A stretch of DNA of 63,138 nucleotides, the filler included, from Octopus bimaculoides (Eukaryota): assembly GCF_001194135.2 (NCBI RefSeq). It is 6 parts of 4 records of this genome, joined end to end, with 100 filler letters (N's around TTAATTAATTAA, not from the genome) between each part and the next. Parts side by side here need not be neighbours in the genome. Positions count along the whole stretch, not along the records: positions 1 to 26,733 come from NC_068988.1; 5 more parts are not named here. One strand, given 5' to 3'. The position numbers were made by a program, and so were the translations under genes. Below the pieces are notes generated by a model. That model saw nothing but the letters and a program-made list of their open reading frames with translations. It had not been told where the DNA came from and searched no databases. Below are positions 12,458 to 26,470 of the stretch, in pieces. The first letter of the stretch is position 1; the number at the start of each line of letters is the position of its first letter.

Positions 12458-13101
12458 CAGTAATCCCTCGCCATAACACGGTTCACCTATTGCGGTTCAA
12501 TTATCGCGGTTACTTTTTTAAGCTTACGTTGATTCCTCTGTGATGTTGTTTCGCATTTATAATAAATTAAATATAGGCGCAGGAGTAGCTGTGTGGTAAG
12601 TAGCTTGCTTACGACCCACATGGTTCCGGGTTCAGTCCCACTGCGTGGCATCTTGGGCAAGTGCTTTCTACTATAGCCTCGGGTCGACCAAAGCCTTGTG
12701 AGTGGATTTGGTAGACGGAAACTGAAAGAAGCCCGCCGTATATATGTATATATGTATGTGTGTGTGTATGTTTGTGTGTGTGTCTTTGTCCCCCCAGCAT
12801 CGCTTGACAACCGATGCTGGTGTGTTTACGTCCCCGTAACTTAGCAGGTCGGCAAAAATTACCGATATAATAAGTACTAGGCTTACAAAGAATAAGGCCT
12901 GGGGTCTATTTGCTCGACTAAAGGCGGTGCTCCAGCATGGCCGCAATCAATTGGCTGAAACATGTAAAAGAGTAAAAAAATATACAAATTATAGAATAAA
13001 AAATATATATATTTACAGTACAGTACTGTTCCTACTTCGCGGATTTTCACCTATCGCGGAGGTTTTGGAAGGTAACACTCGCGATAGTAGAGGAATTACT
13101 C
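12458..13101. mobile_element. Tigger/pogo-like MITE interrupted by a SINE
   Basis: TA-flanked imperfect TIRs CAGTAATCCCTCG.. / ..gaggaattactc-TA; SINE A inserted at 12576-12980. Confidence 0.6.
12576..12980 (+). mobile_element. SINE family A, full-length reference copy
   Basis: tRNA-like head ggcgcaggagtagctgtgtggtaag..ggttcagtccc, CORE-like segment, (TA)/(TG) tract, and tail ..ggcggtgctccagcatggccgca..aaaagagtaaaa. Further partial copies at about 3555-3700, 3940-4030, 20540-20670, 23220-23435, 30105-30275, 35905-36305, 37645-37830, 45240-45430, 47370-47490, 50975-51095, 54110-54520 (two tails in tandem), 60425-60520 and 61775-62075. Confidence 0.85.
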
Positions 13102-13170
13102 TATATCCATAGATTACATAGAATACAGCATCCTTACCCATTCCTTGTTTGCATCTTTTAATTTTTCCTA

Positions 13171-13386
13171 CGTGGAGGTGCTAAAAAGTTCCTGCCTTTG
13201 AGTGAAAGAAAAAACAGGAGGATCAATTAATTACCGTTTTGTTCAACATATTCCCCTCTCCGATTCGCGCACTTATTTCAGCGATCCTTCAGTTTTTCTA
13301 AGCCCTGTAAAAGAACTTCGAAGGTTAGAATTCTAACCAGACCTTTCGCGACAACCTTAAAGCCAGGAACTTTTCAGCACCACACG
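13171..13386. mobile_element. Mariner-type MITE
   Basis: TA target duplication; TIRs of about 30 bp (cgtggaggtgctaaaaagttcctg / caggaacttttcagcaccacacg). Confidence 0.75.
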
Positions 13387-13439
13387 TAAATTTACTTTGC
13401 TTCCACGTATAGAACTTGTTTCCTTTCTGTTCTACATTT

Positions 13440-13800
13440 TCATCAATGAGAACTGAGTCACACGTATTCTAAAGTTGCCACAGAAATCCAATCTGTAAAT
13501 CCTGTTATGACCAGGAGATTTATAATGAACGGGAGTAGACCGAGGACTTAACACCGAGGAACATCAAGTTGCACGCTAAATTTCTTGCAAAACTCATCAC
13601 TAACTCTCTCCATGCTGACGATATCTCTTCTCGTGGTTTGAATAATTCTCACCAGCCACACCAGCATTAGTTTTCCTAGCAACCATAAAATTACAGAGCT
13701 TGGTGCTCTGTCAAAGGCATTCTCTGTCTCAATGAATGCTAGCTAGAGTGGCCTACACTTAACTAAAAGCTTCTCCTGTATTTGTTTTACTCGATATTGT
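13440..13800 (-). mobile_element. Highly degraded RTE reverse transcriptase fragment
   Basis: AFIETENAFDRAPSSVILWLLGKL..WLVRII matches the AFVDLEKAFDRVPRS..WLVRAV segment of the 61255-61647 ORF. Confidence 0.6.
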
Positions 13801-14126
13801 CTATGGGTGGTTTTTCGTTCTGGTACAAGCCCAAACTACATCTCACGTAAGCTAATTCTCTCCTTAATCAATTATGTGTGTGAGTGCATACTTGTGTATG
13901 TGTATGCGTGTGTGTGCCCGCATGTTCATATGCATGCGTATAACAACCGTAAATATGCAACGGTAACACATCCAACACAGCCGAGTACATACACATACAT
14001 TTGCGGACTTATACAGACATACCCCCATATTCCTAATACACACAGACACACACATACGCATTCACTTTTACAACACATGCTCCAGCAGAGGAGAGAGGGA
14101 GAGAGAGGGAGAGAGAGAGAGAGAGA

Positions 14127-14179
<53 letters not shown>

Positions 14180-14916
14180 CGAGCTCTTGCTGGGGTGTTA
14201 AATAAATATATATAACATATACATAGAGTATAGACAAGCATACTTTTGTACCATATTCATATATATAGATAAGCCTGTATACATGCAAACACAAACACCA
14301 CGTCTTCTCTAATCATGGTCTTTGTACCATATTCCTCCGTAGATATACATCAATAAACAAAGTCATAAAAATAAAAAACCCCACACACACAAGCACGCAT
14401 ACCTCCATCATCACAAGACTACATAACTCTCCATTATGCTACATTTATTCAATTTTTAGAATATGTCATAAATTAACAGCAAATCAGCGTGTTTGCTGTT
14501 GACAGTAGCAACTTCAGTGGCAGAAATGTATACGTAGACACAGCTGAAACAATACTAGAAACGACAGCACCAGCGATACCAGTAACACAATCTTAAGTAA
14601 GCAGTAGTAGAGGCATAGTAGAGGCGGCAATTAATTATGCATCATTCCACAAAGCCTCTTGCAAGTAATCCAGGTGGTTCAACAGCGAGCGATTAAGAAG
14701 TAAACTTTGCAGCTATCTGGTTTCTAGTTCGGTCCCGACTTGAATAAACGCTTTTGCACATAAGTTCAGGATAAACATATATGGGGGACGACTGAGGTAA
14801 ATTTGGTTGATAGGAGCAGTGTTGAAGCACATTGGTTGTGACTAATACTGTTCTTGAATAAATTTAATTCATCGCTTGGTCTAACCAGATCTTCCAGTGC
14901 TTAGAAACTTTTAGTA

Positions 14917-15545
14917 GGCAGCGAGCTGGCAGAAACGTTAGCACGTCGGGCGAAATGCTTAACGGTATTTCGTCTGTCTCTACGTTCTGAGTTCAAATTC
15001 CGCCGAGGTCGACCTTACTTTTCATTCTTTCGGGGTCGATAAATTAAGTACCAGTTACGCACTGGTATCGATGCAATCGACTTAATCACTTTGTCTGTCC
15101 TTGTTTGTCCCCTCTATGTTTAACTCCTTCTGGGCATTAAAGAAATAAGAAACGTTAGCACGCCGGGCGAAATGCTTAGCGGTATTTCGTCTGCCGTTAC
15201 GTTCTGAGTTCAAATTCCGCCGAGGTCGACTTTGTCTTTCATCCTTTCGGGGTCGATAAATTAAGTACCAGTTACGCACTGGGGTCGATGTAATTGACTT
15301 AATCCGTTCGTCTGTTCTTGTTTGTTCCCTCTATGTTTAGCCCCTTGTGGGCAATAACGAAATAGGTATTTCGTCTGTCTTTACGTTCTGAGATCAAATT
15401 CCGCCGAGGTCGACTTTTCCCTTCATCCTTTCGGGGTCGATAAATTAAGTACCAGTTACGTACTGGGTCGATGCAATCAATTTAATCCCTTTGTCTGTCC
15501 TTGTTTGTCAGGCCTTGTACCTGTAGGACAAAGGATTAGCGTTAT
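14917..15545 (+). mobile_element. Head-to-tail trimer of SINE family C
   Basis: Units start at about 14917, 15150 and 15365, each containing gagttcaaattccgccgaggtcgac..cctttcggggtcgataaattaagtaccag. Single copies at about 16200-16425(-), 17100-17310, 21750-21965(-), 24225-24432(-), 44990-45160, 46000-46215, 48355-48500(-), 49540-49700(-) and 51110-51520. Confidence 0.85.
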
Positions 15546-15575
15546 CATTGTCCTCCTCCTCCTCCACCCCCCACA

Positions 15576-15616
<41 letters not shown>

Positions 15617-17941
15617 CCTCCTCCTCCTCCTCGTCCATCATCATTATCCTCCTCCTCATCAGTTCTTTGAGTAATATGTCAAGAATCTCCTTTCTTAGAA
15701 CCAGAATTCGCACAACTTGGATAAAGCGCACGGACACATAAACCCATATAGACACCCTCTTACACACACACACATACACACACACACACACACACATCCT
15801 CGAGATTAATAAAGATAATCACTATTAACAAGAACTTGAGTGCGTAAACAATACATCAAAACACGCATAGAATTATTTAGTCTGAACAAAGTCATTTATC
15901 GTTAACGAAAATGATCGAATATATTTAACGAATATTGTTTAAGGTTAATAAAAATCTTAGAGGTTAACAAGTGCTGTGCTCTAACAATGGTTACGGATCC
16001 TATTTTCTGAAACGTGACTATGTCTATTTTTATATATAATTTCTCAATGATATTACAGAATTGGTTGCGTATCACTCCTGTTGTGTCGATTAGACATAGC
16101 ATGATAGATGTATTTCATAGCGGCCATATTGTTTGTAGCTCAATAGCTTTGTTGGTTTAATCTTCGTCTTAAATATCGCTTGCGAACGATAGTATTATCA
16201 CATGAATATTTGTTTCAAATTTTGATACACGTCCAGTAATTTTGAGGCGGGGGTGTTAAGTCGAATACATTGACCCACAATGCTCGACTGGTGCTTATTT
16301 TATTGACCCCAAAAGGATGAAAGGCAATGTTGACCTCGGCAGCATTCGAACTTGGAGCGAAGAGTCAGAAAATGCCGCTAAGCATTTTTCCCGGTATGGT
16401 AATGACTCGGACAGCTCACCGCCTTAATGTTAACTAATATTAATTAATATATTTGTTTCAGCCATTTGACTGCAGCCATGCAGGAGCACTGCCTTTAGTC
16501 GAACAAATCAAACTCAGGACTTATTCTTTGCAAGCCTAGTGTGTGTCTTCTACTATTGCCTCGGGCCGACTAAAGCCTTGTGAGTGGATTTGGTAGACGG
16601 AAATTGATAGAAGCCAGTCGCGTNNNNNNNNNNNNNNNNNNNNNNNNNNNNNNNNNNNNNNNNNNNNNNNNNNNNNNNNNNNNNNNNNNNNNNNNNNNNN
16701 NNNNNNNNNNNNNNNNNNNNNNNNNNNNNNNNNNNNNNNNNNNNNNNNNNNNNNNNNNNNNNNNNNNNNNNNNNNNNNNNNNNNNNNNNNNNNNNNNNNN
16801 NNNNNNNNNNNNNNNNNNNNNNNNNNNNNNNNNNNNNNNNNNNNNNNNNNNNNNNNNNNNNNNNNNNNNNNNNNNNNNNNNNNNNNNNNNNNNNNNNNNN
16901 NNNNNNNNNNNNNNNNNNNNNNNNNNNNNNNNNNNNNNNNNNNNNNNNNNNNNNNNNNNNNNNNNNNNNNNNNNNNNNNNNNNNNNNNNNNNNNNNNNNN
17001 NNNNNNNNNNNNNNNNNNNNNNNNNNNNNNNNNNNNNNNNNNNNNNNNNNNNNNNNNNNNNNNNNNNNNNNNNNNNNNNTATATATATATAAATAAACTA
17101 AGGCAGTGTGTTGGCAGACTCGCTAGTACGCTGGACGAAATGCTTAATGGTATTTCGCCCGTCGCTGCGTTGAGTTCAAATTCAGTCGTGGTCGACTTTG
17201 CCTTTCATCCTTTTGGGGTCGATAAATTATGTACCAGTTGCGTACTGCGGTTGATCGAATCAGCTCCCCCAAAATGTCAGGCCTTGTGCCTATAGTAGAA
17301 AGGATTTAATATGGCTCTTGGTTCATAGCACACAGGAAAATACATGATTGTCACGGCTGAGATGCCATTGATTACTTGACTATAAGTCGTCTGCTTAGTG
17401 CATGAGACGAAGCAGCAGCGACAACAAGAACAACAGCATCAACAACAACAACAAAAACAGCAACAGCATCAAAAGCAACCACAACAACAACAACAATTAC
17501 AGCAGCAGCAGCAGCAACACTTCACGGCTTGGATTGCTGACTGTTAAGTATATTTACGGACGTCGACGGCCGATTCTTACCGGCGCCAGTATCGCTCCAC
17601 CACCAGACAATCTTCCCTGTTACTTTGTCTTCTCTGACCGACCGACCAACCGACCGACCGACCGAGCGCCTTATTTATTTAGCCAACCATCAGCGGCTCT
17701 AAAAAGAGGATAAGAATGTTTAAATGAATGGAAATCCTTATACAAACATCAATTTGCAGTGTTGTATGTATAAGTTAATGCCAACTGATCAATTACTTTA
17801 TCCGACTGTCTTTGGTGGCTTCCATTGATTCGTGTGTGGGATTTTCTTGGTCGCTCAGAAAGCCATTGATCCAAGTCCAGGTCATATTGGAGTCGATAGT
17901 GCTCTGTCCTATGGCATATCTTAGCGTGATTGTTTTGCGAG

Positions 17942-17972
<31 letters not shown>

Positions 17973-18264
17973 TTGTGTATTCGCGTATGCATAGGCGAAT
18001 ACGTAAAAATGTAAGTGCGTGCACGTGTGTATTTGTTCTAATCTTTCAATGAATATCTCGTATATCTGACAATGCGATTGTTGTTTGGCTCCAGATTAAA
18101 TCTAACGCGGTAATGTATAGATCAAAGGCATTCTAGCCATGGCCATCCTGTCCTATTCCTGCTACAAGATACCCGGAAGTATAATATTTATGTATCTTTC
18201 TTTCTTCTTTAAAGATCTTGGGGAGGGATTTTCAAAAGTTTTGGCTACAATTTCTAAGGGGTGT

Positions 18265-18590
18265 GGAGGCGCTATGGCCCAGTGGTTAGGGTAGCGGACT
18301 CGCGGTCATAGGATCGCGGTTTCGATTCCCAGACCGGGTGTTGTGAGTGTTTATTGAGCGAAAAGACCTAAATTTCCACGAGGCTCCGGCAGTGGGTAGT
18401 GGCGAACCATGTTGTACTCTTTCACCCAACTTTCTCTCACTTTTTGAAAGGGGGCCAGCCTTGTCACACTGTGTTACGCTGAATCTCCCCCAAGAACTAC
18501 GGTAAGGGTACACGTGTCTGTTAAGGGTACAGGCTGTTCTGTTGATCAGTTCAACTAGAACACTCGGCGTCGTAACCGACGATGCGTCAC
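18265..18590 (+). mobile_element. tRNA-derived SINE family B
   Basis: A box TGGCCCAGTGG, B box GGTTTCGATTCC; homologous to 24448-24822 and 50095-50530. Confidence 0.8.
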
Positions 18591-19987
18591 GAGGTATATA
18601 TTTATGCATAGACAGAGATATGTGCGTGTCCGTGCGCACATTTATGCATATTTGCATGGTTACCAGTTGGTATTGGTTAAATTTATGCCTGCGTGTGTGC
18701 GTGTATATGCTTGTATGTGTGTATGCTTGCATGTGTATGAGTGATGTGTGTATAACTGTGTGCGTATGTGTGTGTGTATGCTTGTATGCGTATGAGTGGT
18801 GTGTGTGCATGTGTGCTTACGTGTGTATGTGTGTTTATTTTTATGCGTGCAAACACCCGGCGAACGTCGCTTCGTTAATATATGTAAGAAACTAAAAGAT
18901 CCAGATGATTGACAATAAGCAGAAAGGGGGCAGAGTTGGATTAACGAATGAAAAGGGAATTGAGAGAAGAGGGGGGTATAAAGAAAAAATAACAACAACA
19001 AAAAGCTGAAGGAATAGAAACACAAAAGAAAGAAAAATACGATGACGATGGTGTCGTTGTTGGTTGGCTATGTTGTTGTTATTGTTGTTGTTGGTGTTGT
19101 TGTTGTTGGTGTTGTTGTTGTTGGTGTTGTTGTTGTTGGTGTTGTTGTTGTTGGTGTTGGTGCATTAACTGAAGTGGAGGCGAATTAGCTAATGTAAATG
19201 TAGGAAGAGACCACTGTGTATTGGTGATGGTGGTGGTGGTGCGGTGGTTGTGGTGGCGGCGGCGGCGNNNNNNNNNNNNNNNNNNNNNNNNNNNNNNNNN
19301 NNNNNNNNNNNNNNNNNNNNNNNNNNNNNNNNNNNNNNNNNNNNNNNNNNNNNNNNNNNNNNNNNNNNNNNNNNNNNNNNNNNNNNNNNNNNNNNNNNNN
19401 NNNNNNNNNNNNNNNNNNNNNNNNNNNNNNNNNNNNNNNNNNNNNNNNNNNNNNNNNNNNNNNNNNNNNNNNNNNNNNNNNNNNNNNNNNNNNNNNNNNN
19501 NNNNNNNNNNNNNNNNNNNNNNNNNNNNNNNNNNNNNNNNNNNNNNNNNNNNNNNNNNNNNNNNNNNNNNNNNNNNNNNNNNNNNNNNNNNNNNNNNNNN
19601 NNNNNNNNNNNNNNNNNNNNNNNNNNNNNNNNNNNNNNNNNNNNNNNNNNNNNNNNNNNNNNNNNNNNNNNNNNNNNNNNNNNNNNNNNNNNNNNNNNNN
19701 NNNNNNNNNNNNNNNNNNNNNNNNNNNNNNNNNNNNNNNNNNNNNNNNNNNNNNNNNNNNNNNNNNNNNNNNNNNNNNNNNNNNNNNNNNNNNNNNNNNN
19801 NNNNNNNNNNNNNNNNNNNNNNNNNNNNNNNNNNNNNNNNNNNNNNNNNNNNNNNNNNNNNNNNNNNNNNNNNNNNNNNNNNNNNNNNNNNNNNNNNNNN
19901 NNNNNNNNNNNNNNNNNNNNNNNNNNNNNNNNNNNNNNNNNNNNNNNNNNNNNNNNNNNNNNNNNNNNNNNNNNNNNNNNNNNNNNN

Positions 19988-20305
19988 TTTCAATTGTTTT
20001 TCTTTCAACATTTCTTTTTCCGTTACCAATATCACTACTAGCTTTCTTTGGAGCCATGAATAAGGGCTAATGAAGAGAAAAAAAAAAGGCACAGTACAAT
20101 AAAAATGGGAAAGAAAAACACAGCACAACACACAGCGTTTGACTCAGAAATGATTCCGATCGGGTTAACATGGGTCGGCTCGGTTCGGCAATGTTGTTCG
20201 AGAACCGAAATTTTGTTCGATAACCGAGGCATTTTCATCTCGAAATTTCTGTTCGAAAACCGATTTGTTCGACATTTGAGACGTTCGAGAACCGAGGTTT
20301 CACTG
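19988..20305 (-). mobile_element. Tigger/pogo transposon 5' end
   Basis: TA-CAGTGAAACCTCG terminus at 20305; ATG at 20057 encodes MAPKKASSDIGNGKRNVERKTIE, typical of a Tigger transposase N-terminus; runs into an N gap. Confidence 0.7.
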
Positions 20306-20954
20306 TACTACTTATTTTTGCTAGGTGAGTGAACGGGAACAACGTGAAATAAGGTGTCTTGCCCAAGGATACAATGCGCCACCAGGAATCGAAATCACGA
20401 CCTTACAATCGTGAGCCGAATACGCCCTAACCACTAAGCACACACACGCACGACTGCACAAACACGTGAGCCTGCACACACAAGCACACTTGCACGCACA
20501 CGTCGCCTGGCCGCACTTATATATACAACACCGTTTGGCAACCGGTCCCGATTTGTTTACGTACCTACAGTCTAGCGCTTCAGCAAACTAGACGAAACGA
20601 TTCGTACTAGACTTAAAAGATAAAATTACATGGCCGCAGTCCAATGACTGATACAAGTATAAGATAAAAGATAATTATAATTTTATTATTTATGTTTCAA
20701 TATGAAGATATAGTTCCTTCAAATATATATAGCTTCTAGAAATACATAATAAGATGGTATCTATGTTCTCTCGAAGATTTGGCTGGTTTCCTTATCTGAG
20801 ATAACAGTAGCGTATTTAGAAACAAGCATAAACCTCAAACGTCCATCGTTTTATGAAGGTGTTGTGGTTATTTTTTAGTGTGATATGTCTATCTGTGTCA
20901 GAAATATGGACTCATTTACAGGGAAAGGATATATGTGTGTTCATTAACACGTAT

Positions 20955-20997
<43 letters not shown>

Positions 20998-21622
20998 NNN
21001 NNNNNNNNNNNNNNNNNNNNNNNNNNNNNNNNNNNNNNNNNNNNNNNNNNNNNNNNNNNNNNNNNNNNNNNNNNNNNNNNNNNNNNNNNNNNNNNNNNNN
21101 NNNNNNNNNNNNNNNNNNNNNNNNNNNNNNNNNNNNNNNNNNNNNNNNNNNNNNNNNNNNNNNNNNNNNNNNNNNNNNNNNNNNNNNNNNNNNNNNNNNN
21201 NNNNNNNNNNNNNNNNNNNNNNNNNNNNNNNNNNNNNNNNNNNNNNNNNNNNNNNNNNNNNNNNNNNNNNNNNNNNNNNNNNNNNNNNNNNNNNNNNNNN
21301 NNNNNNNNNNNNNNNNNNNNNNNNNNNNNNNNNNNNNNNNNNNNNNNNNNNNNNNNNNNNNNNNNNNNNNNNNNNNNNNNNNNNNNNNNNNNNNNNNNNN
21401 NNNNNNNNNNNNNNNNNNNNNNNNNNNNNNNNNNNNNNNNNNNNNNNNNNNNNNNNNNNNNNNNNNNNNNNNNNNNNNNNNNNNNNNNNNNNNNNNNNNN
21501 NNNNNNNNNNNNNNNNNNNNNNNNNNNNNNNNNNNNNNNNNNNNNNNNNNNNNNNNNNNNNNNNNNNNNNNNNNNNNNNNNNNNNNNNNNNNNNNNNNNN
21601 NNNNNNNNNNNNNNNNNNNNNN

Positions 21623-21703
<81 letters not shown>

Positions 21704-22312
21704 GGGAGAAGGAGAGAGAGAAAAAAAGAGATGGATGTCTGTAATAATCCTTTCTAATATAGGCACAAGGCTTGAAATTTGGTAGAAGGGGATAATCGAT
21801 TACATCGATCCCAGTACGCAATGGTATTTAATTTATCGACCCCGCAAGGATGAACGGTAAAGTCGACCTCAGCAGAAATTGAACTCACAACGAAGCGACG
21901 GGCGAAATACCGCTAAGCATTTCGTCCTGCGCGCCGCCTGATGGATATCAGCCAGTTCGCCTCCTTATGGATGTTCGTTTATTAAATGATAATTATCTGG
22001 AAGATATTTAGTGCACACGAGCGCACATGGCAGAGAGAGACAGAGAGAGAGGGAGGGAGGAGAAATCTATTCTGACAAGCAAGTAACATCGGCAGCCAGG
22101 GGAGGCTAGAGAATAGGGATCAGGTGGTGTTAAGAGTGAAGAACGAACTAATACGCCAAGGAACGAAGCGAGCAAACGTCTAAGCCGATCACTGACGTTA
22201 ATACGTCAACGCCAGATGTTAGTTAAGATAGCAGGCAATACATGAGACACACACACACACACTCACACACACACACACGCACACGCACACACACACGTAT
22301 ATATATATATAC

Positions 22313-22348
<36 letters not shown>

Positions 22349-22773
22349 GCATACATGTAAATAGATATATACATTTAAGCCTATATGAATGCATANNNNN
22401 NNNNNNNNNNNNNNNNNNNNNNNNNNNNNNNNNNNNNNNNNNNNNNNNNNNNNNNNNNNNNNNNNNNNNNNNNNNNNNNNNNNNNNNNNNNNNNNNNNNN
22501 NNNNNNNNNNNNNNNNNNNNNNNNNNNNNNNNNNNNNNNNNNNNNNNNNNNNNNNNNNNNNNNNNNNNNNNNNNNNNNNNNNNNNNNNNNNNNNNNNNNN
22601 NNNNNNNNNNNNNNNNNNNNNNNNNNNNNNNNNNNNNNNNNNNNNNNNNNNNNNNNNNNNNNNNNNNNNNNNNNNNNNNNNNNNNNNNNNNNNNNNNNNN
22701 NNNNNNNNNNNNNNNNNNNNNNNNNNNNNNNNNNNNNNNNACACACATATTGATGCACGAATTATCATCATCG

Positions 22774-22820
<47 letters not shown>

Positions 22821-22833
22821 GTCATCATCATCG

Positions 22834-22865
<32 letters not shown>

Positions 22866-23858
22866 GTCGTCGTCGTCGTCGTCGTCATCATCATCATCAT
22901 CATTATTTTGATTAGCATCTTCTTTTCAATTCTGTTTCTATTTCAGGCCTTGTGTTTATAGTAGAAAGGATTATTATTTCTATTGTTACAGGCAGGGTCA
23001 GGCTGAATCATTAACACACCGGTCTAAATGCTTAGCAGCATTTCTTCCGAACTGAAATTCCGTCGCCCTTGATTTGCCTTTCATCTTTTCGAGGTCGATA
23101 AAATGAGTACCAGTTGAGTACGACTTAGCACCTCTTGCAAAATCGCTGGCCTTATGCGTAACTGGTACTTAACACACACATATATATGTATATATGTGTG
23201 CGTGTGTAAATGCATGTATTTGTGTCTGTATTTGCTTATCCCATCACCACAACCGATCGACAACCGGTGCTGGTTACTTTACCTCCCCGTAACGCAGTGG
23301 TTCGCCAAAAGTGTATGATAGAATGCTTACCCGACTTAAAGATAAATAGAGGGGCGGGGGTCTCTATGTTCGACTCAACCCTTCAAGGTGGTGCCCCAGC
23401 GTGGCCGCAGTTTGTTGACAGAAACAAATGAAAGGTAACAGTTATTCCTTGGCCAAGAGTCTAATACTTTCATCTTATTGACAAGAATACTCCCGACAGT
23501 CAATTGTACGAATTGACCATCTGAATTGACATCGGTTGAAATAACGTTTTGTGATCTTTGCCCGGTTGCGTGTCGTTAGCTGCTTTCATTCTTGTATTAT
23601 TGAAAACCAGAATTGATTGTGTATATTTCTTTACGCACTTACTCCAAGTGTAATAAATTTAGTTGGCTTAATTCACAATATAAAATTTTGTATAGATTAA
23701 TTTAGTCTAAATTGCCATAAGACCTACCATTGACGGACAAGATACTCTATAAATCTTTACAACTAGAAATGAACAGAGATCATCGGAATAATTGTTCATA
23801 AGCTCTAAGATCTGCTGTGCTACCAATTATAGCTTCAAAGACGTCACGAAAGAGACTG

Positions 23859-23901
<43 letters not shown>

Positions 23902-23997
23902 ATCTATTTGTCTATCAGTCTATCATCACTCTCTATTGTCTCTATCGCTTCCTCTTTACACACACACACACACACACACACAGACACACATACACAG

Positions 23998-24034
<37 letters not shown>

Positions 24035-24447
24035 CATATACACTACATACACGCACGTACATATATACTTGTACACACACAAATGCATACATACCATACA
24101 TAATATTACAAATATATTAAACTAATACAGCATTTGTTAAAACTTGTCCCTTCCGTGCTGTCTTCTTTTTGTGCACCTTATCTTCTTAATAAATACATAC
24201 ACACACGCATATAATATGATATCCTTTCTACTATGGACGCAAGGCCTGAAATTTAGGAGAGGGGGTTAGTCGATTACATCGACGCTAACGCGTAAGTGGT
24301 ACTTAACTTATCGACTCTGAAAGGGTAAAAGGCAAAGCCGACCTCGGTGGAATTTGAACTCAGAACGTAGCGGCAGACTAAATACTGCTAAGCATTTCGT
24401 CCGGCGTGCTAACGATTCTGCCAGCTCGCGCCTTTATAATATGATAT

Positions 24448-24822
24448 GTTTGTTTGTTGGCACTCCGTCGCTTATGACGACGAGGGTTCCAGTTGATCCG
24501 ATCAACGGAACAGCCTGCTCTTGAAATTAACGTGTAAGTGGTTGAGCACTCCACATACACGTGTACCCTTAACGTAGTTCTCGGGGATATTCAGCGTGAC
24601 ACAGTGTGACAAGGCTGACCCTTTGAATTACAGGCACAACGGAAACAGGAAGTAAGTTGTGGTGGAAGAGTACAGCAGGGTTCGCCACCATCCCCTGCCG
24701 GAGCCTCGTGGAGCTTTAGGTGTTTTCGCTCAATAAACACTCACAACGCTCGGTCTGGGAATCGAATCCGCGATTCTATGACCGCGAGTCCGCTGCCTAA
24801 ACCACTGGGCCATCACGCCTCC
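24448..24822 (-). mobile_element. SINE family B, full length
   Basis: tRNA-like head at 24822, conserved tail, (AAAC)n end. Confidence 0.8.
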
Positions 24823-24844
24823 ACAAATATGATATAATATAATA

Positions 24845-24888
<44 letters not shown>

Positions 24889-25934
24889 ATTGTATGTAAG
24901 TATGTATATACGCACATTCATAGAACTAACACTAAGATATATCACAATAAAAATAAATTACATAGTTTAAGTAACGATTTGTAGCATGGTTGAAATACAG
25001 AAAGTAATATAATCCCTCCCCAAAATTAAGAAAATAAATGATTAAAAGAAAAATGTCACAAGAATGGTGGTGAAAAATTATGATCCGAGTTTCAATTAAT
25101 AGATTTTTGTTAGGAAGTTCAATGACTAATGTTCGCGGAAGAAGTTTAAATTTAAAGCCATAAGGTTTTAAGAACGTTCTGCATTGTATTTGTCATTCAA
25201 GTTGTGATACAAAGCCTTTCTAGAACTCGTTAATAAATGACAATAAGTATAACGAAGGAGTGCATTAATGATAATAAATGTAGCGAAGATATATATATTT
25301 GAGCAGATGCTAAGATGGAGATAATGGAAACAGCGATCTTAACACCAACCATTGCGTGATTGAATTATTAAATTATTAATTTTTCAAATCAGCGTAATAG
25401 ATACAGAAGTGATAGCGTGTGAAAGTTTTAGCTTTAAAATATGTCGCCAAGTGTTAAAACGAGAAGAAACTGTATATTAAACATGACAATATGTTCTGCC
25501 ATTTCCAAACCACACAAGGATCCTTAAGGATTTGGTTCTTCCCTATGAAAGACACAGTGTTAGAATGCTGGTGAAAAACAAAAAACAAAAAAAAAGAAAA
25601 CAGAAGAAGAAACGTGTTGCTGTATTTGTGTCGGGTTTTACCTTCTGAGTTCAAATCCCACCGCGATTTTAACTGTCTTTTATCTTTCTAGGATCGATAA
25701 CATAAAATACTTGTCGAATATATTGCGTTAGAATATGGGGGAAAATGCGTTGCGGTACATATGCCAGATTGTTAAGTTTTGCGTTCTAATTCCGCCATGG
25801 TTTATGTAAGCATTTCTTGAATATGTATCACAGGCGATGACCGTATTTCTTAGATATTTTCAAATTTCTTACAGCGATGCATTCTTTCCAAGAAATATCT
25901 ACCTAACTCTTTCTTTCTTACTTTTTTCTTTCCT

Positions 25935-25993
<59 letters not shown>

Positions 25994-26376
25994 GTTTAGC
26001 TATTGATGAAGCCCGTCGCGGTTCAAAAGCCTGCTCGATAGCTGCAAACCAACTTCTTTAAAGTCCCACACTACCGTCTTCAAAGGTGAAGGTCACATCG
26101 ATCTAAAGAGGAAGGCCAATTGCACTTGTACATTGAACAGCCGAACAGAAAAAGCCGAACAGTAAAATCTTCAGAATGAAGAATGATAGGTTACCATCTT
26201 TATAAGGGTCTGATATGCTGGGCATCTTTTCTTCTTTTCTTCTTTTACTTGTTTCAGTCATTAGACCATTTCAATACAATTAAAGTGGTGGATAGGAAAA
26301 TGAATAGCCCTTCTCTCTCTCTTTTACCCTACCCATCTCTCTATCTGTTTGACTGTCAATCTATCTGTCTATCTAA

Positions 26377-26432
<56 letters not shown>

Positions 26433-26435
26433 GTA

Positions 26436-26470
<35 letters not shown>

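Noticed and set aside
14917-15545. CRISPR-like or satellite array
   Set aside because: Units are SINE copies without unique spacers; eukaryotic context.
17402-17713. Asn/Ser-rich 103-aa ORF
   Set aside because: Half is CAA/CAG repeat and the rest has no recognisable motif.
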